Made by a program: the position numbers and the translations under genes. From assembly GCA_964016885.1 (NCBI GenBank), contig OZ024754.1, positions 4,092,001 to 4,156,000 on the forward strand: DNA of 64,000 nucleotides, written 5' to 3'. Source of the DNA: Eledone cirrhosa (taxonomy: Eukaryota). Positions 17,583 to 31,523 of the stretch are shown here, in pieces. The notes beneath the pieces were generated by a model. That model made no database searches. It was not told the DNA's origin and saw nothing but the letters and a program-made list of their open reading frames with translations. Position 1 is the stretch's first letter; every line of letters starts with the position of its first letter.

Positions 17583-17747
17583 TATATATATAATTTGTTT
17601 GTTAAAATAATCAAACTAAATTAATTCAAAAGTTAAACATCCATAGGAATAATGAGGTTCTTAGCAAAGGGCCACACCATCTAAATATGACTAATAGCTC
17701 TAGGAAAGCCATGAACGACACCACAACATTTTAACACTTTTATATTA

Positions 17748-18051
17748 AAAGTAGGTTTATAATTATTAATTTTCATTATTTATTTGTAGCTGTCTCGGCG
17801 GCCTAATTGGAGGAATCATAGACGGTGGTGATCCTGGTTTGAAGTTCGATCCTGCTCGGGAGTAGCGTGCCCGGCAAACCTTTTCAGTTTTTTTTCTATG
17901 TGATGTAAAATAAAAACTGAAGTAGAATATATGTACCCCTCGACCAGGATTGAACCCAAGACCAGGATCTCCACCATCTCTAGTACCTACCCCTAGTCCA
18001 CTGAGACAGCCACGATAGTCTACTGAAAATTCATACATATAAACCTACTTT
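17748..18051. mobile_element. Aged palindrome of two inverted tRNA-like (A-box/B-box) units
   Basis: Both arms carry aaagtaggtttata...gctgtctc...ggtggWgatcctggt...gttcRatcctg. A related unit lies at 62135-62207. Confidence 0.7.
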
Positions 18052-18066
18052 CAAAATGTTCTATAT

Positions 18067-18474
<408 letters not shown>

Positions 18475-18486
18475 GGTTTGAATATT

Positions 18487-18770
18487 ACGGGGTCGATAAA
18501 ATAAAGTACCAGTAATGAACTGGGTAATTGCTGGCCTTGTGCCTAAAGTAGAAACAATTATTACTATATATATTGGACGGTGGGTTGGCAGTATCGGTAG
18601 AGAGTCGGACACCATGCTTTGAAGCATAGAGTTACGTCCATTTGCGTCCCGAGTTCAAATCCCGCCGAGGTTAACTCTGCTTTTCATCCGTACGGGGTCG
18701 ATAAAATAAAGTACCAGTAATACACTGGGTAATTGCTGGCCTTGTGCCAAAAGTAGAAACAATTATTATT
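18487..18770 (+). mobile_element. Major-family SINE (3' fragment plus full copy at 18575-18770)
   Basis: A-box-like tggcagtatcgg, B box gagttcaaatcc, tail ggccttgtgccaaaagtagaaacaattatt. Confidence 0.85.
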
Positions 18771-19187
18771 ACTATATATATATATATGTGTGTGTGTTTG
18801 TGTGTCTGTGTGTGTCTATATATGTATGTTGCATGCATGAATGAATACACTAAGCTTTAGTTTTAGTAGATCGTAGAACCATTGATTCCAGCTATTTGCA
18901 CTATCATTTATTTTGGTTTCTATTAATTCGCTGAGGAAATGGTTGAGCAAATGCTTTGCTTAATTGTTTTATTTATTTATTTTTTAATCCATTCCTTCTC
19001 TTAGACTTCAGGTAATTTTTTAAAGCAAAGCATTGGCCCCTAAAATGCTATAGTGAGCCCTGCAATGCTTCCGTGGCATCCTGGCGAGACCGCCACTGCG
19101 TATATGAATCTGGAGAGATGGCGATAATTGGACTTTGAATCCTTAGGTACCGCTTTGTCTTCCATGTATGAACATAAATGTATACTA

Positions 19188-19218
<31 letters not shown>

Positions 19219-19229
<11 letters not shown>

Positions 19230-19376
19230 ATATATATACATACATGCACACAGAAATATATAAATATTTGCCGGTGCATATTTAATAATGTATATATATA
19301 AAAGCGAAACAAAACTCATTTTGTTGGACCCTTTCGTGTGCGTATATATGTATTGTTGTAAACATGTCAGAGGATA

Positions 19377-19417
<41 letters not shown>

Positions 19418-19590
19418 CATATGTGTGTGTGTATATATATATACATACATGCACACAGAAATATATAAATATTTGCCGGTGCATATTTAATAATGTATAT
19501 ATATAAAAGCGAAACAAAACTCATTTTGTTGGACCCTTTCGTGTGCGTATATATGTATTGTTGTAAACACATCAGAGGATATGAATATAT
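19219..19590. repeat. Tandem duplication of a ~160-200-bp unit bounded by TA arrays
   Basis: catacatgcacacagaaat...cagaggatatgaa occurs twice, nearly identical. Confidence 0.95.
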
Positions 19591-19925
19591 ATATATATAT
19601 ACATGTATGTATCTTTCGTATTTGAATATATATAGGTGAGTTTGCTTTATGTTGTTGAGTGAGCACTGTCGGCGTGATAGTGTATATACTGCTGTGCCAG
19701 TGTGCAAAGCTGTTTATATCTCATCAAACCTATACTTACCTCGATGCACTCACAATTTCCTAATTGACTATTCGAGCAACCATCCATCAATTATTGATTT
19801 TAATATATTCTTCAATATGTTTATATCTTTTGTATCCACCCATCCTCTCTCTCTCCCCCATTACCTCTCCCTACACCTCTTCTCTCTCTTTCTCTCGCTA
19901 ACTATACACACACACACACACACAC

Positions 19926-20017
<92 letters not shown>

Positions 20018-20184
20018 GATACATTGAATGCATTACATAATAGATTTATAGCTAATTCATATATAACTCTATGTTAGAGATATAAGCATAAACCCTAGTG
20101 CAAATGTTTAGGTATTCTTTATTGTAAGAGTAGATAATTTTAAGAATTTCTGAATAGATTTACCGTATTAAGTTCAATCATGAC

Positions 20185-20650
20185 ATACAATACCCCATCC
20201 CGCTCAACTAAACGTCAAACAACCTGCACCAATCACTGGTAAGTTGTTCATGGACATCATCAGGCTGCAGCTGTCGTATTACGTAAATCTGCAGTGAGTG
20301 GGATCTAATTACATGACAAGTACAAACATTAAAAATGACACCGACCCATACTCCCAACAAACGTTCAAAGACATGAGGTAAAATTTAAATCTCTTAGTCG
20401 AGAACCAGCTGGGCCTACAGACCAATGGAGTATGCAGCTTGCTGGTAACAGAAAGATTGTGATATGACTATGATATGGTGTTGAAAGTTAGTTGATTTAA
20501 TTTCATACTTGTCTCTGTAGCTCTTTGTAGATGTCCAATATATAAAAAGGAAATAAATGTATGCATATTGATGTTTATCATATACTCCCTACTTTGTAAG
20601 CATTCATTTATATTTATATTTACCTTGAATCGGATATCTCTTTCTTCCAT
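20185..20650. pseudogene. Possible Penelope-like element ORF remnant (linker and GIY-YIG)
   Basis: Plus strand LNVKQPAPITGKLFMDII..LQLSY resembles the PLE linker (NVKTNIGK.FL.LI..K.SYSC). Minus strand ECLQSREY...YIGH...NQLTFN resembles GIY-YIG. Adjacent to an HHR motif, but heavily decayed. Confidence 0.4.
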
Positions 20651-20719
20651 TCTTCCGTCATTATATATGATAGTAGAACACTGTCGGGTTATATCCGTAG
20701 TAGTAGAGCATTCAACAAG

Positions 20720-20798
20720 TGTTACACCTTATCCGGATCCTTAGCTCGGTCTAAAACCGAGATGAGGATCCGAATAAGGTGAAACATCTGTTTTCGGT
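20720..20798 (+). ncRNA. Minimal type I hammerhead-like motif in a fold-back palindrome
   Basis: ACCGAG-ATGAGGA-tCCgaataaGGt-GAAAC-atct-GT-T-TTCGGT (20756-20798), preceded by an inverted copy at 20720-20750. One core mismatch in each arm. Confidence 0.65.
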
Positions 20799-20826
20799 AT
20801 GGTGAACTAACTGTTGTGGAACTACT

Positions 20827-20865
<39 letters not shown>

Positions 20866-20982
20866 ATAAATATATATATATACATATTGAACTGCTTTAC
20901 GTTGAGTACTCTCTATATTATTACATTACGATTGACCATACGGAATAGACCAGCTCTATACAGTGGTGAACCTCAAACCTGA

Positions 20983-21014
<32 letters not shown>

Positions 21015-21595
21015 CTATACACATAGAGAGAGAAAGAGAGAGAGAGAGAAAGATAGAGAGAGAGAGAGAAAGAAAGAAAGAGAGAGAGGGAAAGAAAGAA
21101 AGAGAGAGAGAGAGAGAGAGGGGGGAGAGAGAGAGAGAGAGAAAGAGAGAGGGTAAATGAGCGAGAGGAGACGTTTAATTATTATCAGTATATGCACGTA
21201 TATATAAATATGTATATATGTTTTATGTGTATATCTACATGTCATATCATATATAAGATTCCACCCACTAAAATTGATTCTAAACACAAGAGCATGTATA
21301 GGTGTAGATCTGGAGATAAGCGTGAGTGTCTATTATATAAGGCAAAGAGGAAACAGTTCATAAGGGAACATTTCATAAAAGAATTAAAGTTAAAATATAA
21401 CAAAAAGCAAGAGTTGAGATAAAAGAAGGTAAGAGGTAGGCTATGTAGCTACTTAAACAGATACTCACAGTTAGACAAGCATACACACGTTTTTTGCACA
21501 ACACCAAATTATATATGTGCAAGATTTTGTGTGCAAATATATATATATAAGTAGATGTATACACATATATGTATATAAATATATATACATATATA

Positions 21596-21673
21596 GAGGG
21601 TGTCCCAAAAGGTGTATACACACTTCAACAAGATTCTCATGAAAATGTGTATATATATTTGTTGGACACCCTG
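21596..21673. mobile_element. Tc1/mariner-type MITE (78 bp)
   Basis: TA|GAGGGTGTCC...GGACACCCTG|TA. Confidence 0.75.
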
Positions 21674-21690
21674 TATATATATATATTTAC

Positions 21691-22156
21691 ATTTTATCGA
21701 CCCCTTAAGGATGAAAGGCAAAGTTAACCTCGGCGGGTTTTGAACTCAGTCCGTAAAGGGACGTAACTGTGCTGCAAAGCATGGCGTCCGACCCTCTACC
21801 GATACTGCCAATCCACCGCATCCTAATATAAATACTAATAACAAATAGTTATCGATATAAATCCCGGCATTTTATAGTTCATATCCAAGTGACAGAAAAC
21901 CCTGAAATAGTGAAAGCCTTACCACCTGCAGCAAACAGTATTAATCATTAACAGGTTATATATATATATATATATATATATACAAAATGTATATATATTA
22001 AATTTATATATTGAGTTAGGAGCTCAAAATAGTCTCTTACAACAAAATCTCTCTAAGAAAGAGATATTTCTGAACCGTATATTATAATAGAATATAAAAG
22101 AAAAGCGAACGCAGATATATAGATATATGTGTTCAAATCGTAAGGGACCTGATTCT

Positions 22157-22226
<70 letters not shown>

Positions 22227-22246
22227 ATTTAAATACGTGCACACAA

Positions 22247-22290
<44 letters not shown>

Positions 22291-23217
22291 TTCCAACAAA
22301 TGTTATTAAACATATTGATATAGAAACATATAATGATTTGACGCAAGCTTTCATAAGTTAATAGTTAAATATGATCAATCAAACACCTGTACATTTCTCT
22401 ATAATGAAGCAGTTACAATCAACAACAACAGCATGTAGCCAGAAAACAGAAGAAAGAAAAAGAACGAAAGAACAATAGAAAGAAAACAAAACAAAAGAAA
22501 GCATAAGAGTCTAATAATGACATGTTTTTAAACCATCGTTGAGATGGCTAAAAATTATATAGCAAAATAATTTATCTTCTAAATAAACAAGACTTCCAAC
22601 AGGAGACAATATTCAGAAATCAACGAATATCGTATGACAAATCTATATGTGCTGTGGAAAATAAATATCTATCCATCTATATATATATATATATATACAT
22701 ATATTAGGTCTGAACATAATGGAATCAAATTCCTATTGTTATTGCGTCAGTCTCTCTGGCTCTCCTTATCTCTCACTATTATAAGCAAATGGGGGCTATG
22801 TGCTAGCCGCCCCGTGGCGCTGGCGGACGTAATAGAGAAAGCGCTTCCCCGGAAGATGGTGAAGTAAAGGCGTTGGAACATCCATCAGGTAATTAATCGA
22901 TAATGAGTTCTATATAAAAATCTTATCCCTAGATAAACAGAGCATCATTTAACTCAATACAAACCGAAAAATAAAGAAACTGAAATGTTCAAAAACACTG
23001 AATACTTTATATTATATAACTAGTGCCTGAAGAATTATATCCTATATAAGACAACTGAAATTAGGAAACAGTTGATTGCTAGAGAAGTACATAAAACTTT
23101 AATAAGTTTGTTCTCAGATAAAGTAGCATTTGGCGACAAAATTTATTAGAAATGTACAGAATACCGCCTTAGAATCCATTGATTTAATAGTGGAGGCTTC
23201 AAATTTAAAATAAACTG

Positions 23218-23281
<64 letters not shown>

Positions 23282-23383
23282 CAGAAAGAAGAGAATCAGT
23301 GTTGCGACGAAAGGAATTTATTGGACATATTTCTGAAATCAACACGGTCGTCAGATACGTCTCGATTCTACGAAGCAGATTTT

Positions 23384-23434
<51 letters not shown>

Positions 23435-23957
23435 ATAGAGGTGTAACACACAAGTTATTATATATTGGTAAACGGAATAGAAAATGCTGACAAATTGTTC
23501 ACAGTTTCAACTGTGAACAATTTGTCACAATTTCAACTGTGAACAATTGTGAACAATTTGTTCACAATTTCAACTGTGAACAATTTGTCACCATTTTCTA
23601 TTCCGTTTACCAATATATATATATATATATATATATATACATGTGTGTAGATAAATCTACCAAAATATACGGTAGTGTCCAATCCGTATGAAGAACTCAA
23701 TGTAATCCAAATATCATGAAAAGAGAAGATGTATTCAAAAATTTTCGATGAAAGTCATAGGAAAACAGAGTCAAGATAACTACTTTTCTATTGGTCAATT
23801 CAAAACCTGTTCCCAAACAGACCTTTTATATTAAATCTTTGTTGGTTTTTTTCAATAAACAAATATCATCATTTCTGAAGACAGCATGTATATGTGAAGG
23901 TATGTATATTTCCTCTGATAATTTGTAAAATTTTTACATAGATCTATATGATATACA
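21691..23957 (+). repeat. Left arm of 2.3-kb inverted duplication
   Basis: Reverse complement of 27091-29430, apart from scattered substitutions and microsatellite length changes. Begins inside a truncated SINE. Confidence 0.97.
23463..23614. repeat. Nested palindrome (ttgttcacagtt/aactgtgaacaa units); partner at 27433-27570
   Basis: Outer arms tattggtaaacggaatagaaaatg / cattttctattccgtttaccaata. Confidence 0.9.
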
Positions 23958-24508
23958 GCCAGTGACTTCAAAATTTGCAAAACATTCTTGCGATTCAAGG
24001 GATGACAATTTCTTTTCTTTTACAACCTTGCCACCAGGAAGGTGGCCGGTCAAAAAATATACTCGAAATTAAGAGAAAGAGATATACATACATACATACA
24101 TACATACATACATACATACATACATACATACATACATACATACATGCATGCTTACATACATACATATAAATAGCTACTTGCAGGGAATAAGAAAAACTAA
24201 GAAAGAAAACAGAAAGAAAAGGAAAGAAGCAGAGAAATAAAGAACGAAATAAAGACTCAATGAAGGAAATCAAGAAAGAATAAGAGAGAACTGTATGAGG
24301 AATACTATAAAAGTATCAACAGATAGGTAAACAACAAGTTTAAGAATTGCTAAACCTGGTGGACTACATGGGAAGATAAATAAGGTATAATGGCGTAAAA
24401 ATGTATAATAGCTATTTATACATACATATAGATGGATGTATAAAGGTGTGAGAATATGTCTCTTAATGTAGGAATCCAGTTGAGTGTGTATGCTTGTTTT
24501 TACTATAT

Positions 24509-24509
<1 letters not shown>

Positions 24510-24600
<91 letters not shown>

Positions 24601-25119
24601 TAAATCTACATATATTTATATACATAAATATGCATATATATATATACATATATAAATGCACACGTATATACATACATATATTTATATACAAATATATATA
24701 CACATGTACATATATACATGTATATATATATACATATATTTATATACATATATATATATATACACATGTACACATATACATGTATATATACATATATACA
24801 TGTATATATACATATATACGTAGATATTTATATATATATATATATAAATACATATATATATATATATACATATATACATATATATACATATATATATATA
24901 TATACATATATATATACATATATATATATATTCATATATATACATATATATATATATACATATATATATACATATATATAAATAAATATATATATACATA
25001 TATATATATATACATATATATAAATAAATATATATATACATATATATATACATATATATAAATAAATATATATAAATATATATATATACATATACATATA
25101 TATACATATATATAAATAA

Positions 25120-25150
<31 letters not shown>

Positions 25151-25193
25151 CAAATATATAAATAAATATATATATATATATACATATATATAA

Positions 25194-25286
<93 letters not shown>

Positions 25287-25310
25287 CACGTGTATATATA
25301 TATATATAGT
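24510..25310. repeat. Long cryptic (TA)n array
   Basis: Direct inspection. Confidence 0.95.
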
Positions 25311-25543
25311 CCTTGATATTCCGTAGTCGAGCTAAACATTCATGTGTACGTTTTTCAAAAGTGAAAAAAAAAAAATCGTGTGTAAAATAAAATGCAGAAA
25401 GAATATAAAAAGGTTTTCCTCTATTTAATATGTTGTTGTTATTTGTTGCATTTGCTCTTTGTTTGTGGATGTTATTCCTGTTTGTACATGTGCTTAATTT
25501 TATCATATATATATATATGCATGTGGATGTGTGTGTGTGTATG

Positions 25544-25581
<38 letters not shown>

Positions 25582-26215
25582 TGTGTGTGTGTGTATATGT
25601 ATTTTTTGAAAGAAAGATTCCATACGGCAAGACATATTGCTTTACATTTGCCTCTCTGTGGGAAATCTGCCAAAATACACATAGTGATAACACTACACAG
25701 TACCACCTGCGCGCTTTAAATCGCTATTTTTCCTTGTTGCAGCTACGTATAATTAGAATGAGGAAAAATCTTTCCAATTTTACCATTTTTGTAGATGACA
25801 TAGCTATGGTGACACCACCAATGATATCCTCCTTACCAAAGCGTGTATAATTCCACAGACTGATTCCTGCTGGGATACACGCTAAAGTTGTTCATAGAAG
25901 ACAGATGAATGTTTTTTTGTAGAAGTGAAAAATATGCAGTTATATTTTTTTACTCTGTTTTTTTTTTGCTATGGTTTGCTTATATGTATTTTTAGTTTTA
26001 TGTATTGTTGTTTGTTGTTGTTTTTTATTTTACTTGTCTATTGATTGTAGGCTTCTTCTCTGTACTAGAGATATTTTCATAACTTCATATTTTAATCCAG
26101 CATTGTGGAATATCTAAAGATATTGCAACAGAGTGTAAATAGGCAGTCGGTATATATGTGTGTATATATATATATATGTGTGTGTGTGTATGTTTGTATG
26201 TATATGTATATATAT

Positions 26216-26373
26216 AACGAAGGAAGTGTGGTAAGGAACCAGGTGGACCTGGACCATAACGCACCAGACTACTCGATACTTTCGGTAGTAATAGGAAAAT
26301 GTCCAGGACCTCGACGGCAGAGCTCAAATCGAAATGGCTTGAGCTCTGCCGTAGGTGTCGTGAACATGTTCCT
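26216..26373 (-). mobile_element. Family-A fold-back element (TA-inserted), diverged copy
   Basis: Reverse complement of the tail ggtccacctggttccttaccacacttccttcgtt, with the inversion junction at CGAAA. Confidence 0.85.
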
Positions 26374-26858
26374 ATATATATATATATACGTATATATGCA
26401 TATATACATGCATATATGTATATAAACATGTATATATGTACATGTGTATATATATATATGTATTTTGGGATAAATATTTGGGTAGCTGGGTAGCTTCCGT
26501 CACATTTGCGTCTGCGCAGAGTTGTGGGAGCTGATTGGGACTCACAAGCGATCGGGCGAAGGCTTTCAGAACATTATTTTTGCCCATTCCTTTGTCACTT
26601 CAATTTAGATTGCCTCGAGAACGTAACCTTATTATGTAAAAATCTGTCTGATGAGATCATGGCACTGGGACGCGGAATTTCGTGGCCTCTGTCGTCATTG
26701 AAATATGTATCATGGCCTTATAAATGAAGGACTTTAACATCTGAAACTACTTTGTATTTCATTATTCTAAACATATTCCGTCATTCCTATGTGGAAAAAA
26801 TACGTTGAGTGCTTTAATTAATCTGATCAATGTTTACCATAAGTGTATATATATATAT

Positions 26859-26954
26859 GGGGTCTTACTGGTTACTATTACCCACTCTACTACCTCAAGT
26901 ATTGAGTACTTTGGTGCGTTATGGTCCACCTGGTTCCTTACCACATTTCCTTCG

Positions 26955-26956
<2 letters not shown>
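26859..26956 (+). mobile_element. Family-A element, 5'-truncated
   Basis: Near-identical to 49323-49420, with TA on both sides. Confidence 0.9.
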
Positions 26957-26997
<41 letters not shown>

Positions 26998-27090
26998 TGA
27001 AAACAATGAAATAAAAACACAGAACAAGTTCCTTATATTAAAAAATTCATCATTTTACGATCGTTTCTAGGATGTATATGTGTGTTGGTA

Positions 27091-27598
27091 TGTATATCAT
27101 ATAGATCTATGTAAAAATTTTACAAATTATCAGAGGAAATATACATACCTTCACATATACATGCTGTCTTCAGAAATGATGATATTTGTTTATTGAAAAA
27201 AACCAACAAAGATTTAATATAAAAGGTCTGTTTGGGAACAGGTTTTGAATTGACCAATAGAAAAGTAGTTATCTTGACTCTGTTTTCCTATGACTTTCAT
27301 CGAAAATTTTTGAATACATCTTCTCTTTTCATGATATTTGGATTACATTGAGTTCTTCATACGGATTGGACACTACCGTATATTTTGGTAGATTTATCTA
27401 CACACATGTATATATATATATATATATATATATATTGGTAAACGGAATAGAAAATGGTGACAAATTGTTCACAGTTGAAATTGTGAACAAATTGTTCACA
27501 ATTGTTCACAAATTGTTCACAGTTGAAACTGTGAACAATTTGTCAGCATTTTCTATTCCGTTTACCAATATATAATAACTTGTGTGTTACACCTCTAT

Positions 27599-27651
<53 letters not shown>

Positions 27652-27765
27652 AAAATCTGCTTCGTAGAATCGAGACGTATCTGACGACCGTGTTGATTTC
27701 AGAAATATGTCCAATAAATTCCTTTCGTCGCAACACTGATTCTCTTCTTTCTGCGATATATATAT

Positions 27766-27847
<82 letters not shown>

Positions 27848-28767
27848 CAGTTTATTTTAAATTTGAAGCCTCCACTATTAAATCAATGGATTCTAAGGCG
27901 GTATTCTGTACATTTCTAATTAATTTTGTCGCCAAATGCTACTTTATCTGAGAACAAACTTATTAAAGTTTTATGTACTTCTCTAGCAATCAACTGTTTC
28001 CTAATTTCAGTTGTCTCATATAGGATATAATTCTTCAGGCACTAGTTATATAATATAAAGTATTCAGTGTTTTTGAACATTTCAGTTTCTTTATTTTTCG
28101 GTTTGTATTGAGTTAAATGATGCTCTGTTTATCTAGGGATAAGATTTTTGTATAGAACTCATTATCGATTAATTACCTGATGGATGTTCCAACGCCTTTA
28201 CTTCACCATCTTCCGGGGAAGCGCTTTCTCTATTACGTCCGCCAGCGCCACGGGGCGGCTAGCACATAGCCCCCATTTGCTTATAATAGTGAGAGATAAG
28301 GAGAGCCAGAGAGACTGACGCAATAACAATAGGAATTTGATTCCATTATGTTCAGACCTAATATATGTATATATATATATATAGATGGATAGATATTTAT
28401 TTTCCACACCACATATAGATTTGTCATATGATATTCGTTGATTTCTGAATATTGTCTCCTGTTGGAAGTCTTGTTTATTTAGAAGATAAATTATTTTGCT
28501 ACATAATTTTTAGCCATCTCAACGATGGTTTAAAAACATGTCATTGTTAGACTCTTATGCTTTCTTTTGTTTTGTTTTCTTTCTATTGTTCTTTCGTTCT
28601 TTTTCTTTCTTCTGTTTTCTGGCTACATGCTGTTGTTGTTGATTGTAACTGCTTCATTATAGAGAAATGTACAGGTGTTTGATTGATCATATTTAACTAT
28701 TAACTTATGAAAGCTTGCGTCAAATCATTATATGTTTCTATATCAATATGTTTAATAACATTTGTTG

Positions 28768-28850
<83 letters not shown>

Positions 28851-28870
28851 TTGTGTGCACGTATTTAAAT

Positions 28871-28941
<71 letters not shown>

Positions 28942-29120
28942 TTATAATAGAATCAGGTCCCTTACGATTTGAACACATATATCTATATATCTGCGTTCGC
29001 TTTTCTTTTATATTCTATTATAATATACGGCTCAGAAATATCTCTTTCTTAGAGAGATTTTGTTGTAAGAGACTATTTTGAGCTCCTAACTCAATATATA
29101 AATTTAATATATATACATTT

Positions 29121-29165
<45 letters not shown>

Positions 29166-29430
29166 CCAGTTAATGATTAATACTGTTTGCTGCAGGTGGT
29201 AAGGCTTTCACTATTTCAGGGTTTTCTGTCACTTGGATATGAACTATAAAATGCCGGGATTTATATCGATAACTATTTGTTATTAGTATTTATATTAGGA
29301 TGCGGTGGATTGGCAGTATCGGTAGAGGGTCGGACGCCATGCTTTGCAGCACAGTTACGTCCCTTTACGGACTGAGTTCAAAACCCGCCGAGGTTAACTT
29401 TGCCTTTCATCCTTAAGGGGTCGATAAAAT
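27091..29430 (-). repeat. Right arm of 2.3-kb inverted duplication
   Basis: Reverse complement of 21691-23957. Confidence 0.97.
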
Positions 29431-29504
29431 AAAGTACCAGTAATACACCGGGTTAATTGCTGGCCTTGTGCCAAAAGTAGAAACAAGTATTTATATTAGG
29501 ATGC
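29285..29504 (+). mobile_element. Full-length major-family SINE with 19-bp TSD
   Basis: agtatttatattaggatgc occurs at 29285-29303 and 29486-29504. Confidence 0.92.
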
Positions 29505-30007
29505 AGAACGTTAATATTATGAAAGAAATATCGAGGTTTCAGTTCAACATATTATACTCGTAATTTCGCGAAACAAGTGTTTCGCAAACGACCAGCTCGG
29601 AGCTCTATGTTAAGTTTGATTTGCACATTAGAGACAAAGATTAACAAAATCAGAATAAGTCTATCACTGTGTCGTTTACATTAGGAAAGATAGATCTAAG
29701 TGTTTGTTCAAACTATAAACTACAGGTTTTTCTATGCAAGATTATCTCCCTTAAATCTTACGCAAGTTTCCTAGGTTTGCAGCAATGTTTGATGCGAACG
29801 TAGGTGCTAAGTTTGCAGCCATCAATCATCTAGGAGTTCAGAATTACAACGCCTGGTGGGGGCTATCGCTCTCCATATCAGAATGCAACCGATTACTTAT
29901 GGATATCGAGAGAGAAACGGCGTAAGATAGAGAAACACCGAGAGACAGAGTGAAAGAGAAAGAGGATGGATTCTAGTACTAAATTGGTATTATTATTGGC
30001 CGACGTC

Positions 30008-30300
30008 AGGGCGGTGGATTGGCAGTATCGGTAGAGAGTCGGGCAACATGTTTTGCCGCATAAAATTACGGCCCTTTATGATCTGAGTTCAAATCCCGCC
30101 GAAGTTATCTTTGCCTTTCATTCTTACGGGATCGATAAATTGTTGGCCTTGTGCCTATATAAGCAACCATTATTCATCGACGTCGAAACGATGAAAGCCA
30201 AAGTTGACGTCGACGGAATTAGAACTCAGAAAGCATAGATCTGAAACGAATATAGCGGAGTATTCAATCCGACTTTGAAACGATTCTGCCAATTTGCCAG
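30008..30300. mobile_element. Two SINE copies in opposite orientation
   Basis: Plus copy at 30008-30170 and an older minus copy at ~30175-30300. Confidence 0.75.
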
Positions 30301-30860
30301 CACTATGCATAACAACCAAGAGCTAAGAAAGCCTGCGTATAATTTTCGATGCATTGATCAGTCATTTGAAAGGAAAGATCTTTGTGCAAAACATATAATA
30401 TACAGAGCAGCTGATAATAACAGAAGTAACACCTCGACCAGCTAGACCAACTATAAGTAGACACCACAGTAATACCATTCAAAGAATGAGTTGTTACACA
30501 GCACTTCCATTTCAGACACGTAGTTTTTGGTTGTTGTTTTTTTTTTTTCGTTTTTATTTTTTTTTTATTTTTCAGCTGTTATAATCATTTTAGAAAAAAA
30601 ATTAAATACGTATTCTTATATAGGAGAAATTTTATTTGTATCGTCTGGGCGATAAACAATTTTTCACACAAATGCAACCCCCTACACACACATATATAGG
30701 AAGTAAGGTGTCTATAGTATCTTAGCGTATATTTCTTAGTATCTAGTCTCTAACTCTCAATCTCTCTTTCTCATATATATATATATATGATGGGCTGCAT
30801 ATGCATACACTCACACACAAACACACACACATATATAAATATGTTAGGCTGTATATGCAT

Positions 30861-30945
<85 letters not shown>

Positions 30946-31522
30946 CACAATAGAAGGTGTCCAAATATATATTCACCACCCTTATAAAAAAAGTAAAACA
31001 AAACTTCAAACTTCCAGAAAAATAATCCTGAGGTACGGGTAGGTGTCAAATGAAAATGGCGGAATAATGCAATGGATATCTTTCTTTTCTTTATTTAGTT
31101 ATTTGTTTCTATTGTACAATTTTCACTATTTTAAAGAGAAAGATTAAAGACTATGAGGTGATATTGCTGTAGGATAGGAGAGACCATATGATAATTATCA
31201 ATAACAGCAATACCAAGTAGATTACAGCTGCAAGTGTGAGACTGATAACATTTACACTATTGTCATATATCTAGCATTCAAAATATGTTTCGGCTTCATT
31301 TTTTTTCCAGCAGCTCCGCTACCACCATCACCACCGGCTCCCCCTCTCTCATATTTTCTTATATTACTATTGTTCTCTATTTCATGATCTCTCTCACTCT
31401 CTTCTCCTCTCTCTCTCTCTCACGCTCTTTCTAACTCTCCTCCTATCTCTCCCTTTTTTCTCTCTCTCTCACCCCTTCTCTTTCTTTCTCTTTCCATGTC
31501 TCACATTTTCTCTCTCGCTCAC

Positions 31523-31523
<1 letters not shown>

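Noticed and set aside
21691-29430. Giant foldback or composite transposon
   Set aside because: No TSD, and the right arm continues seamlessly into an intact SINE.
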